From contig CM068769.1 in NCBI GenBank assembly GCA_035084275.1, forward strand, positions 1,798,001-1,862,000: 64,000 bases of DNA, written 5' to 3'. Position numbers and translations under genes: made by a program. Shown in pieces: positions 26,413-37,167 of this stretch. The first letter of the stretch is position 1, and the number at the start of each line of letters is the position of its first letter. The notes beneath the pieces are model-generated. The model did not search any database. It saw only the letters and a program-made list of their open reading frames with translations, and was not told the origin of the DNA. The stretch is from Hydrolagus colliei (Eukaryota).

Positions 26413-27324
26413 AGTTTTTGTAGGGCGGAAACGCTGAACTGTGTCTCTGTGGGGCTCAGTGCACAGTAATACACCGCCGAGTCTGTGACTCTCACTTGGG
26501 ATATATTTAATGGGACGGTTCTCGCCACTTTATCCACCGTCGTTGAGAAACGTTCTTCTGTAAAGTCTGCATATCTCGGCTTGCTCCTGGTTGATGTGCT
26601 GACGATATATTCTGGGGGTTTGTTAGGATAGTGACGGTACCAGAAGAGATAGTCTGTGTCTGCGTTTGTAGCTGTGTAATTATACTGAAGATAAATATCC
26701 ATCCCCTCGTTCAATGTTATAGCAGATTGGACCTGTGTCACAGTTTCGCCTCCACCATGTTCTGTGAAATAGACACAAACTAGCGTTCAATAAAGTAGCA
26801 ATACTAATGTTGTATATGATACATCGCCATGCAAAGTAATTGAGACATCCGCATGCTCTTCACAGAATATACGTTGCCTTTATTTTGGGCGTGAGCGTGG
26901 CAGATAGCTGAGCATATCATCGTAGCACAAACAGTCATGGAATAAGTGACCATATTATTATTCGTAACTGTTTTTCTGAAAGGGACAAGACGTTATAAAA
27001 GTGGTCTTCCAGTAGAATAAAATACATCGAGTACCTACTCACTGCTCTGTAAGCAGTTATGTATACGTGTGTGAAACAAGCACAGTTGCAGTGTCGCCCT
27101 GTCCCACCGCGAAACTAACACAGATACTCCCGCATCCTGGACGAGTGTTCCAACCACTGGCTACAGGATACCACACATGCACAAATTCTTAATGTGTTGC
27201 TTATTCAATACTATAAAACGTTGGCTTTGGAGAAAATGTAAAGGAATTGCATTCATTTGGAGTATGTTGTTGGCTTACCTGAGAAGGCAAAGATGGCGAC
27301 TGCCACATATATGTACATTGTCAT
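26413..27324 (-). CDS. TCR Valpha-type segment V7 (family C), open frame with Cys23 replaced by Tyr: leader 27279-27324, V exon 26452-26761, 23-RSS 26413-26451
   Basis: Leader MTMYIYVAVAIFAFSG with GTAAGC donor, acceptor TTCACAG. Exon HGGGETVTQVQSAITLNEGMDIYLQYNY...YLFWYRHYPNKPPEYIV...VRVTDSAVYYCALSP. RSS is CACAGAG, 23 nt, ACAAAAACT. Confidence 0.92.
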
Positions 27325-27949
27325 CTGTGTTAATGGCACCCAGTGTTGACGGAGCGCTGATGGTTTAGTTGGGGAATGTTGGCTGGGAAGCAGTTAGATA
27401 CCGTGAGGAGGGCTGAAAAGGAAATGACATAAACAGGTTGCCATACACTGTGAGGGAGCAGGTTTGAGGCTTATGTACAACATTTGTGTCACTGTCACTG
27501 AGCGTTATCTTCTCTGCTCTGCCTTCTCGCTCCTCGATTGTTTCTCCTCCAACACTGACATGCATTTGATCAACTGGATGACAGTCACCTGCAGCAAGAT
27601 AGACCCATATACACATTATATGGCGGAGAAACACATACATGATTTCCACACAGCTGTACCGTTGTGGACTCATGTAATTTAATGGTATCAACACTCGCCT
27701 TACAAGCATTTTGCCTGCGATTGATGCCTGCCAGGGCGACATGTTGGTCAAGTTTACTTACTCCACACCCCGACCTCGGTTTACCGAGAGTAAGTAGGTA
27801 TACGGTTGTTAATCGATTGAAGAGTAACGTTTCAGAGAAATAATCTCTCCTAACATAGGAAACTCGACACATATGTGTTTATAGGACAATGCTGTGCATA
27901 AATGAATGCCTCGTTTCTCCAGCAAAACGAAAATTAAGTACATTTTATA

Positions 27950-28120
27950 NNNNNNNNNNNNNNNNNNNNNNNNNNNNNNNNNNNNNNNNNNNNNNNNNNN
28001 NNNNNNNNNNNNNNNNNNNNNNNNNNNNNNNNNNNNNNNNNNNNNNNNNNNNNNNNNNNNNNNNNNNNNNNNNNNNNNNNNNNNNNNNNNNNNNNNNNNN
28101 NNNNNNNNNNNNNNNNNNNN
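27950..28120. other. Assembly gap (run of N)
   Basis: Continuous Ns. Confidence 1.
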
Positions 28121-28497
28121 TCCAAAATTGTAGGAGGAGGTGCTCAGTAGAAGTCCCACAGTGTGTGATAGGGTTAGATAATTATTTTATGTGTATTGAT
28201 CCCGGTCCTCACATCAAAAGACTTCCTATGCCTCCTATCTACTTACCAACCTTCCCGCCCTCTTAGTTCGGGTGGCTCTGACGTGATCAACGTTCCCCGA
28301 CCCATACGTCCATCCACTTGCGGGCGAGCCTACAACCACTCTGCCCCCAACCTCTGGAACTCCATCCCGACTTCATTCCGGCACAGTTTGTACTGAGAAG
28401 TGAATTGACTGTATTCGATACTGTATAAATGTGGCAACCCACTTCCTCTATGTGGCAACCCTCGTGCTCCACTCATTGAGCTGCGGTAACCTCAGCA

Positions 28498-28975
28498 TGT
28501 TTTTGCACAGGTCCTTCGTAAACACACAGCACTGTGCTCACTGCACAGAAGTAAGTGGCGGAGTCAGACACTCGCACGTCGCGGATCGATAATTTGCTGT
28601 TTTTTTCCAACAGTCAAAGCATTTATCCTTTGCTTCTCCTTCATCTATCTTGATCCCAACACCAAGTAACTGATAGAGCCCTTTCCATGCTGTTTGTACC
28701 AGTGACAGCTTTGGACAGTCACAGTGGTGCTGCACTCCATAGATACATTTCCATTTTCATTCTCTGTCAGTGCCTGATTTCTCTGTGACAGTTCGCTTTC
28801 AGTCGAGACACCTGGGGGTATAGTAGTGAACATTCATGAATAGTAAACCATAAAATATCTGCAATAAATGTTAAGTATGTATCAGGAAAACCTGGATGTG
28901 TGTCCAATCTGATACTCTACTTAGACAAGATTGTAGTAAGTAAATGAAAAATAATATATGGTGCATTGAAATCCT
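28498..28975 (-). pseudogene. TCR V pseudogene V8 (family D): V exon 28537-28811, 23-RSS 28498-28536
   Basis: GVSTESELSQRNQALTENENGNVSMECSTTVTVQSCHWYKQHGKGSISYLVLGSR*..., frameshift, SKLSIRDVRVSDSATYFCAV. RSS is CACAGTG, 23 nt, GCAAAAACA. The leader donor appears mutated to CTAAGT. Confidence 0.9.
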
Positions 28976-29104
28976 GCTTAATTCTCAAGTCTCTTAATTC
29001 ACGTCAAGATGTCTGCCAGAAATGCAGCTGGAAATCAGCCTAAGACTGATCAATGTTTTCAAATGTTTGTGGAACGCAATTAACAATGTACGTTATAACT
29101 ATAT

Positions 29105-29140
29105 TCCCGGTGACGCCTTCACGCACTTCTCACTTCCTGC
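29105..29140 (-). promoter_or_regulatory. Family D V promoter module (CRE half-site TGACG plus ETS-type GGAAGT); paralogs at ~22097-22130 and ~35127-35160
   Basis: GGTGACGCCTTCAC-x7-CTCACTTCC is conserved ~130-150 bp upstream of the V8 and V10 leaders, and partly upstream of V6. Confidence 0.5.
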
Positions 29141-30329
29141 ATGTTTGCTTCTGCAGAATTCATTCGCCAATTGGCCAGCTAAAGGATTGTACTTGTTGCT
29201 TGTTGGTGGAGGTTTGCTTGTATATGGAGTAATCATACATGCCTTATGAATCTTCCACCCTGATTGATTCCCAGGCAAAGCAATATGTTGGGCAAACATC
29301 CTTATTCCACACACACACACACAGACACACAACACACCTCGGTTTAGCTAAGAATAAGGAGGAAACAACAGTTTAGTCTATTGTTGGTTCACTTTATTGG
29401 GGGTAATATTCCCCATTTCCAAAATGTTGTACATCAAAGGCAAACAGCACGACAATTATTATTGTTGATATTATCATTATTACCAAATTTGTTATTATTA
29501 ATATTGCTGTCCAGTCATCTATGTAATTAATTGTACGCAAAAACCATGTAACCAATACCATTCTTCTGTACCTAAGTTAAATTAAATGTTGTCAGTTTTA
29601 TTGTGTTCCCAATGTACACTAAAACAAACTACCTTACGTTAGGTAACAAAACCTACCACAAATGTTAACACGGTGAACTCCACTGGAGGTTGAGTTCTTA
29701 TTTTTCAGAAAGACTACAACCCAAATATATGACTTGCAGATTACATTTCGGGCAAACTAAGCCTTGCGATTGTCATGGTTACAGTTTAGACAAACTCTTG
29801 AACATTTCAGCAGAAGCAGCAATAATAAATAGGACGCAACCAATGTGGATTGTAACAGGAAGCAACTGTTATATCTTACAAGGTAGATTGACACAGAATG
29901 GAACTTGGCAAGATATGTCATTTGCAGATGATGTTATATGTGTGTTTTGTCTGCTATCTGCTGTTGGACTGTAGGTACTGCACTTGCATAATTTGAAAAC
30001 AAGGATTTCTTGGAGGGCCCTTCTTAACGTTCCTGGTCCCATTGCCTTCAATGGAAATTGATACTTTGATCCCATTTACTTGCTTTTTCCTGGTATTGTC
30101 TATGCTTTAATGGGTTACTCGAATTCATTCCCAGTATCTTACTGTGACATATCCCTGATCATTGTTTCTCCACTTTAAATCTATTCCTTGCTCTGATGCT
30201 GTAAACGTTGAATATCGTTCGCTTCACATTGAGCTGCCATTCACCGTTTACATGACAGCAGCACAATAGTTACATGTGTGTGGCACCATTCATTTTGGGA
30301 TGGTGTCACAATGCACTGTATTTATCAAT

Positions 30330-30850
30330 ACATGAACGATAGAATCACATTTGGGACGTCCTCCTCACAAGACAGGCGCTATGTATGAACAATTTTGTTG
30401 CTGTTGTTCACGTCAGTTGGACGTCCGAAGCCGATGAGCAGTCAGTTCGGGAACTGAGCAAGGGAGAGGGCCGTCTAGTGGGGAGGGGCGTGAGAGAGGA
30501 ACGACTGGAGGGCGGGAGTTAGGAACGAATGGGACGAGTCGGGAGGACAGAAGGCACGGTCGAAGAGGAGGGACATGAGACTGGCCTTCAAGGAGGCGAG
30601 GGAGATAGCCAGGCCTAGGGACTGTGGGATGGAGTTCCAGATTGTCCACTGATGACACGGTGAGTAGGGCGGGGGACATGGAGCAACTCGGAGACCGCTG
30701 CAAGGAGGGGCCGTTGGGGTACATAGGAGGACAGCAGGTTGGAGAGTGGGGTGGTAGAGGTGGCGATAGGGTGGTTATCTGGCGTGACAAGGCCGCAAAC
30801 GGCCTTGAAGTTGTGGAGGAGGAATTTGAATTCGAAAACTGGATGAGAAA
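30330..30850 (-). mobile_element. L2 3' fragment
   Basis: Same 3' L2 sequence and tail as the other copies. Confidence 0.75.
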
Positions 30851-31367
30851 TGACAAATAATCAGCGTTTTTATATTTGTTGCTTCAAAAATCAACTTTGT
30901 CCTCAAGTCTTGTTACCTCATGTACCAACTCAATCATGTCTTCGGTGTCTGCTCTATTTCGAACCATTGAATGAACCTGTTGTACCTGCACATCCAGACT
31001 TGGTGTCGCCTAATATAAAGATGTCGAGCAGAGCGTTCTGAATGCTGTGTGCTGACTGCCATGTTCATCGAACAGCCTAAGGAAACAAGACCTTTGAAGT
31101 TATGTCAATAACAATAACATGATTAGATTTAACAGTCATACAAATGCTTGCGTTTGACTCAGCGCCATATCATATGTTTGAAGCAATTATTACCAATGGA
31201 AATGGAACTTGCCAATCAACTGACAAACGGTTTTGAACTTACTGCTGGGTAAACAGTGTATTGTTTAAGAAAACGTCACCAAATATTCCTCCTGCTTGGA
31301 ATTCAACCCAGGTTCATCACTAGCGATATGAGTGATATAAACACTGAGCTTCAGGACTACACTTGGC

Positions 31368-32254
31368 TGTTTGTGTAGGGCGGAAGCACTGATCTGTGTC
31401 TCCGTGGGGCTCAGTGCACAGTAAAACACCCCCGAGTCTGTAACTTTCACTTGGGTTATATTTAACAGGACAGTTCTTCCCACTTTGTCAACTATCGTTG
31501 AGAATCATTTGTTGGTAAAGTCGGCATATTGTGGTCTATTGCTTGTGGACTTCCAAAGCATATATTGTGGAGCTTTGTTGGTATATTGGCGCAACCAGAA
31601 GAGATCGGGAGTGCTACTTATTGTTGTATAATTACACCTGAGATACACATCCTCCCCTTCTTTAACTGTCACGGAAGATTGGAGTTGTGTCACAGAGTCT
31701 CCTCCACAATGTCCTAGAAATCAGACATATAACGTTCAGCAGAATAACACCAATAACAATAATAATGAAGGCATCTGACAAAGCTACATCTTGCGTCGTC
31801 GCGATGGCTAAAGGTCTACTATACTGAATAAAGAATAAAGCGTATTGTATGCTTACTTTGCGGTCGAAACATATTAGAAGATTTTGCACAAGAATGTTCC
31901 ACAAACAGTCGTGGATTGACTAACTGTGTTATCATTAGCAGTATCACATAATGACAGACAATTAACCCCCAATAAAGCAATCGGCCAATGGACCGTATTC
32001 TAAATTACTTCTCAGTAATCACAGCAATGAGTGATGAGTGACTAAACTTGCCTAATATTTCGCCCTGTACCGGCCGGGAATCGATCGCAGTTTCTCTCGA
32101 TTGTGACAACTGTATAAGGCTTGTTTCGTTATTCATTATTTTCTGCAATAAACACAGAGCTGGATAATAAGTGCAGATGGCTGACTAAACAATGAGTGTA
32201 TGGCTTACCTGACAAGGCAATGATGGCTGCTGCCACATATATATACATTGCCAT
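31368..32254 (-). pseudogene. TCR Valpha-type pseudogene V9 (family C) with a single nonsense codon: leader 32209-32254, V exon 31407-31713, 23-RSS 31368-31406
   Basis: Leader MAMYIYVAAAIIALSG. Exon HCGGDSVTQLQSSVTVKEGEDVYLRCNY...LFWLRQYTNKAPQYML...DFTNK*FSTIVDKVGRTV...DSGVFYCALSP. TGA at 31505-31507 sits where paralogs have CGT (Arg). RSS is CACGGAG, 23 nt, ACACAAACA. Confidence 0.92.
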
Positions 32255-32734
32255 CTAAACGTAAAGGGCGCTGATGGTTTAGTTGGAGAATATAGGCCTG
32301 GAAGCGGAAATATACCGTAAGGAGAGCTGAACACTAAATTACATAGAGGGAGCAGGCCTGAGGTTTATGTACAAAGCTTGTGTCTCTTTCAAGGTGCGTC
32401 GTAATTTTTGCTCTGCCATCTCGCTCCTCCATTGGTCCTCTGCCATCACTGTCATGTCTCTCATCTACCGGTTGTCTGACACCTGCAGAAAGTTACACCA
32501 TTATCTCAATTTCAGTTCGTCCATAACATATTCAGGAGTTCCACATGTGTGTTTACCACCTGCGGAGCTTCGGCCTACAATAGAGGTGTCTGGGTTTGAA
32601 TCCAGGCAGAGTGACATGTTGGATAAGTTAACAAACTCCAAACATCCTCCGTGGTTTACTAGATAATGCAGCATATTTACTAATATGGTTACAAATCAAC
32701 CAGTGAGTACGTGAGGCTTTAACCCCGTGCTTTA

Positions 32735-33060
32735 ACTCGGTGTTCAGAGCACTCCACTTTCAAGTGTGTGTTCGAATCCAGGCAGATCAGGGCGAAAGTT
32801 TGGACATGTTTCCTTACACCACAAACACGCCTAGTACTGATCCGTGCGAATATAAATACCACGTTAATAAAATTGCAGATTTCAATCCAAGAATGTTTGT
32901 GGGTCTGGCAGCCGCGTTTCGCCCACAAACATACAGTCAGTTCACTTTACAGTCTACTCTCTGAAGCGCTTTAAGACCTCGATAAGATGTGAAAAGCGCT
33001 GTATCAATTGCAAGAATTGTTATTATTATTATTATAATATTATTATTATTATTATTATTA
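32735..33060 (+). mobile_element. tRNA-derived SINE, near full length, with (TAT)n tail
   Basis: GTTCGAATCCAGGCAGATCAGGGCG head, core and tail. Confidence 0.85.
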
Positions 33061-33154
33061 ATTAATGTGTCCTTTCCAGTTGCATTATTCTATTGTTAAG
33101 TAATTAACTCAAAACACGTTTGTCTTTGGGAAATTCTGTACGATTGGTTGACAA

Positions 33155-34065
33155 TTCATAGATTCATAGAATTTTACATCACAAATGAAGCCATTCGGCC
33201 CATTTAGTCTGTGCCGGCTCTTTGAAAAGAGCGATTCAATGCCACTGCCCTGCCCGCTCCCCATAGCTTAATAGACATATGCTCCCTAAATAAAGATCTA
33301 ATTCCCTTTTAAAAGTTGTTATCGAATCAGCCTCCACCACCTTTTCAGTTAATGCATTCCAGATTCGAACAACTCGCTGAGTGAAAAAAATTATCTTCAG
33401 CTCCCCTCTACTTCGCATTCAAACTATTTTAAATCTGTGACCACGAGTCACAGATTCGCCCACGAGTGGAAATAGGTTTTCTCTATTTGCCCTGTCGAAA
33501 CCCCTCATGATCGTATAAACCTCTATTATGTCTCCCCTCAATCTTCTCTGCTCCAGAGAGAATAACCCTAGCCTATCTAGCCTCTCCTCATAGCTGAAGT
33601 TCCTGAATCCTGGCACCATCCTAGTAAATCTTCTCTGTACCCTTTCCAATGTCTTCACATCCTGTCTGTAGTGTGCTGACCAGAATTGAACACAGTATTC
33701 CAGCTGAGGCCTCACCAAAGTCCCGTAGAGGTTAGTCAGCACTTCCTCACTTTTGTACTATATACCCCTATTTATAAAGCCTAGTATCATAAGCCTTCTT
33801 AACAGCCTTGTCTACCTGTCCTGCCACCTTCAACGAGTCACTAACACAAATCCCCAGGTCTCTCTGTTCCTTCACACCATTTAAAATTGTACTATCTAGC
33901 CTATATTGCCTCACTTAATTTCTTCTGCCAAAATGCATCACCTCACACTTCTTTGCATTAAACTTCATCTGCCATGTGTCTGCCCACTGAACTAATTTGT
34001 CTATATCTTCTTGCATATGGCTACTATCCTCCTCACTATTTACTATTCTCCCTAACTTGGTGTCA
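33155..34065 (-). mobile_element. CR1 LINE 3' fragment, same young family as 23790-24775
   Basis: LYGTLVRPQLEYCVQFWS...LERVQRRFTRMVPG...RGDIIEVY, highly similar to the 23.8-kb copy. Confidence 0.93.
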
Positions 34066-34534
34066 ATAGAGTGATAATGTTTCTTGAATGGATTACCATC
34101 CTGGAAAAGGCGACATGCTAATTGAATATTAAATGTGTACCAACTCACATTTCGGCAAACAGACAATAATACTAATAATCTATGCGTTTAATATAGTGCC
34201 TTACCACGTCCTCGAAACGTGGAGGAGCGCTTCCCTGGTTGTACTGTGCTTTTCCTGTACTGTCTATGTTATGGGATAAATGCGGCACTTACATGCGCAC
34301 AGCAGTGACACACAAAAAGTCGTGCATTGAAGTGATCATTTTAATTAGGAATTACGACACGCGGAAAAGCGATCAATTATTAGATTAATAACCGGATTCC
34401 TATTTACTCCTATGTATTTAGAAGCGAATGGTGTTAGAAACAGTGGCCGATCGTTGGGCGTGGTGCGAAGCGAACCAACAGTCTTATCGTTTGTGAAGCG
34501 AGTATTTTAATCATTGAGCTACAGCAACCTCAGC

Positions 34535-35018
34535 ATGTTTTTGTACAGGCTCCTCTCAGACATGCAGCACTGTGCTCTCTGCTGCACAGAAGTAAGTGGC
34601 GGCGTCTGTCACTCGCACGTCTCTGATTGTAAGTATGCTGTTCTTCTCTTTTGTATCAACCTCTTATCCTCTCATCCGCCTTTACCTCTCTTTTTCCCAA
34701 CACCAATAACCCTATGGAGCTGTTTCCATACTGTTTGTACCATTGGAAGGCGCGGACTTCACCATTGGTCCTGCAATCTACAAATACATTTCCATTTTCG
34801 TTCTCTGTCATGGATAGAGGTCTCCGTGTCACTTGGCTTTCAGACAAAGCACCTGAAAAATAGAAATGAACATTCTAGGAAACAAATTGGGGAACACAAG
34901 CACACCCATCGACAATTTTTATGATTTCACAATTACACAAAGCTCTGATTCTCCGAATAAATATGTGACTTACACAACAGTGTTGTCACTAAATATACAA
35001 ATATATATAATGGATTGG
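34535..35018 (-). pseudogene. TCR V pseudogene V10 (family D): V exon 34574-34852, 23-RSS 34535-34573
   Basis: GALSESQVTRRPLSMTENENGNVFVDCRTNGEVRAFQWYKQYGNSSIGLLVLGKREVKADERIR, frameshift, VDTKEKNSILTIRDVRVTDAATYFCAAE. RSS is CACAGTG, 23 nt, ACAAAAACA. A leader lacking ATG ends at 34975 with GTAAGT. Confidence 0.92.
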
Positions 35019-35449
35019 AATTCGGCTTCATTCTCTGCTTCAGATGCAACGGGCGTTCGACAGAACGCTGATCAACGTTTATTCAATGTTGTCTGCAGTC
35101 TTTAGCTGAGCAGGTGATAATTATATTCTCGGTGACGCCTTCACCCACAGCTCACTTCCGACTTGTTTGCTTATGGTAAATTCGTTCGTTAGTAGATTAT
35201 CATCAGTGCTCATGCTTACTGCTAGTTAAACAGAGCCATACATGTGGATACAAATAACGTGCCCATTCTTTCTGCCTACTCCAGAAGGAATACAAGTCAA
35301 TGTATGCATTTACAAATTCCATTCCTTCGTAAATGGCACTTGCTCCTATTGCTAGAACCATCCTACTAGTCAGGATATTGGATTGCTTGCTTAAACGGAG
35401 TAGATTGGAATGACTCCACTTTTCTACAGGTTAACTACAGGATGTCTCC

Positions 35450-35680
35450 TTGGTTGATTTCAAGCAAGCAGGGAAATAGACTGTAGATCCGACGGCCAAC
35501 GGATCGCTGGCTGTAGGGGAACCGTGAAGTTCTCCCGGTTTTGTACTGGTCTGCCCTTCAAATCCCTGCTGATGAGGCAGGCTGGGCTGCGTTTCATCAG
35601 CAGTGAGAAACCTAGACCTGGAAATAATTCTGTCAATGTGTTACCAAGATACACATCAGGTCTGGTCATACAATCTGTTC
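35450..35680 (-). pseudogene. Possible heavily degenerate V relic
   Basis: Minus frame DVYL...LFPGLGFSLLMKR...DLKGR...ENFTVPL...SD, then a shifted TVYF.A, loosely resembles V FR2/FR3. No RSS found. Confidence 0.3.
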
Positions 35681-36432
35681 TCCACTCAAGGAGCCAGGGG
35701 ATTTACGTAGAACACTGTGAGCAGCTACACGGTGCATCGCCAACATCTATCGGTAGTAAAGCGATACTGTAGGTTTTTATCGTTAGTCTGAAAACACAGT
35801 GATAGAGTCATACAATCTTTCGGCACAAAAGGAGGGTTTTCGGGCCATCGAGTCTGTGCTTGCTGTTTGAAAAGAGCAATGCAATCCGTACGCCCAGCTA
35901 TCTCTCCATAACTCTTTTAGCTGCAACAGTGCATTCGAATCCAGGCAGATCAAGGCGAATCCGTGGACACGTTTACTTACTCCACACGACTAATATTAGT
36001 GCCTCCAAAAATAACCTAAATAATAAAATTGTTGACTTCAACCCACCAATGTTTGAGCGACACGGCTGTTTGCAATTGGCTGCCGCATTGCACCCACACA
36101 TATGCAATCAATTCATTTTACAGTATATTTTGTGGAGCGCTTTGAGACTCAATAAGATGTGAAAAGCGCAATATATCGAATACAAGAATTAGTATTTGTA
36201 TTTTATTATTACTATTATTAGAACGGGGCAAACCTGTCCACTCCAAGTAAATCTCCACCTGGTATGACACGAACAGAAAATAGACTAGAGACGGTCGCGG
36301 GTGGTTGAGAGCTGGGAAGAATTATGACAATGTGTTAGCAAACTACACATCGGCTTTGGACATACTTTCTCTTCTCCGCTCACAGAGAACAAGGGATTTC
36401 AATGAGAAGACTGTGCGGAGGTACACATTGCA

Positions 36433-36452
36433 TCACCGCCATCTGGCGGTAG
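36433..36452 (-). promoter_or_regulatory. CTCF-like motif at the distal edge of the V array
   Basis: Minus strand CTACCGCCAGATGGCGGTGA. Confidence 0.55.
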
Positions 36453-37152
36453 CAATTCGGGACTGAACGTTTTTATCGTTAACTGGTACACACAATAATA
36501 GTAAATGATTTGTCTCCACAAATGCACAATAGAATCAGGTGAGATGTAGAAAAGGGAGTTCGTTACTCTGCTTGAATGCTGTCTAGAATTCGATAGTGTA
36601 ATACAGACCTGAGCCGTGAAGGAATAATAATAATCATTGCATTTGATATAACTTTTTCCACATCGTCTAGATATATATTCTTACTGCACAAAAGGAGACA
36701 ATTCGGCCCATCGAGTACGTGCCGGAAGATTCCATATATCTGATGCGAAACTCACGTAATTTACTCTCAAGTGAATAAGTTGTACATTTGTAAGTGGGAC
36801 ACGTCAGAGAATTGCAAACAGCAGGGTTCTGCAAAGATTCGTGGAACGGAGATATAATTTTGCTTTTTAAAAAAAAATTAATACAAGTAGTATCATTGGC
36901 TTCAATGAGGAAACTTTTAGTTACATAATCACTGATAAATAATGAAAATGTATTGGACATTGATAAGACAACTCTGATTAGGAACTCAAAATGAGATCCT
37001 ACGTATTTGGGGATCAATAAATCCAGATTTTTTGTGTCTTGTTCTTGCAATATTAATAATATCTGAAGTAAATGAAGTTGGAGTTGTAATACCGCATTCA
37101 GCCACAGGGGAGTTGTTGCTTTGTGAACACAAATTGGGAATGCAGTTCATCA

Positions 37153-37167
37153 CTACCACCTGGTGGA
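37153..37167 (-). promoter_or_regulatory. CTCF-like motif at the distal edge of the V array
   Basis: Minus strand TCCACCAGGTGGTAG. Confidence 0.55.

Noticed and set aside
27443-27450. CACAGTG on the minus strand upstream of the V7 leader
   Set aside because: No nonamer at 12 or 23 spacing, and it is not conserved in the paralogous blocks.
28645-28740. Extra CDR1 Cys in V8 (VQSCHWY) suggesting a NAR-TCR supporting Vdelta
   Set aside because: Paralogs V6 and V10 have Phe there, a leader remnant exists, no NAR-type V is upstream, and V8 has a stop and a frameshift.
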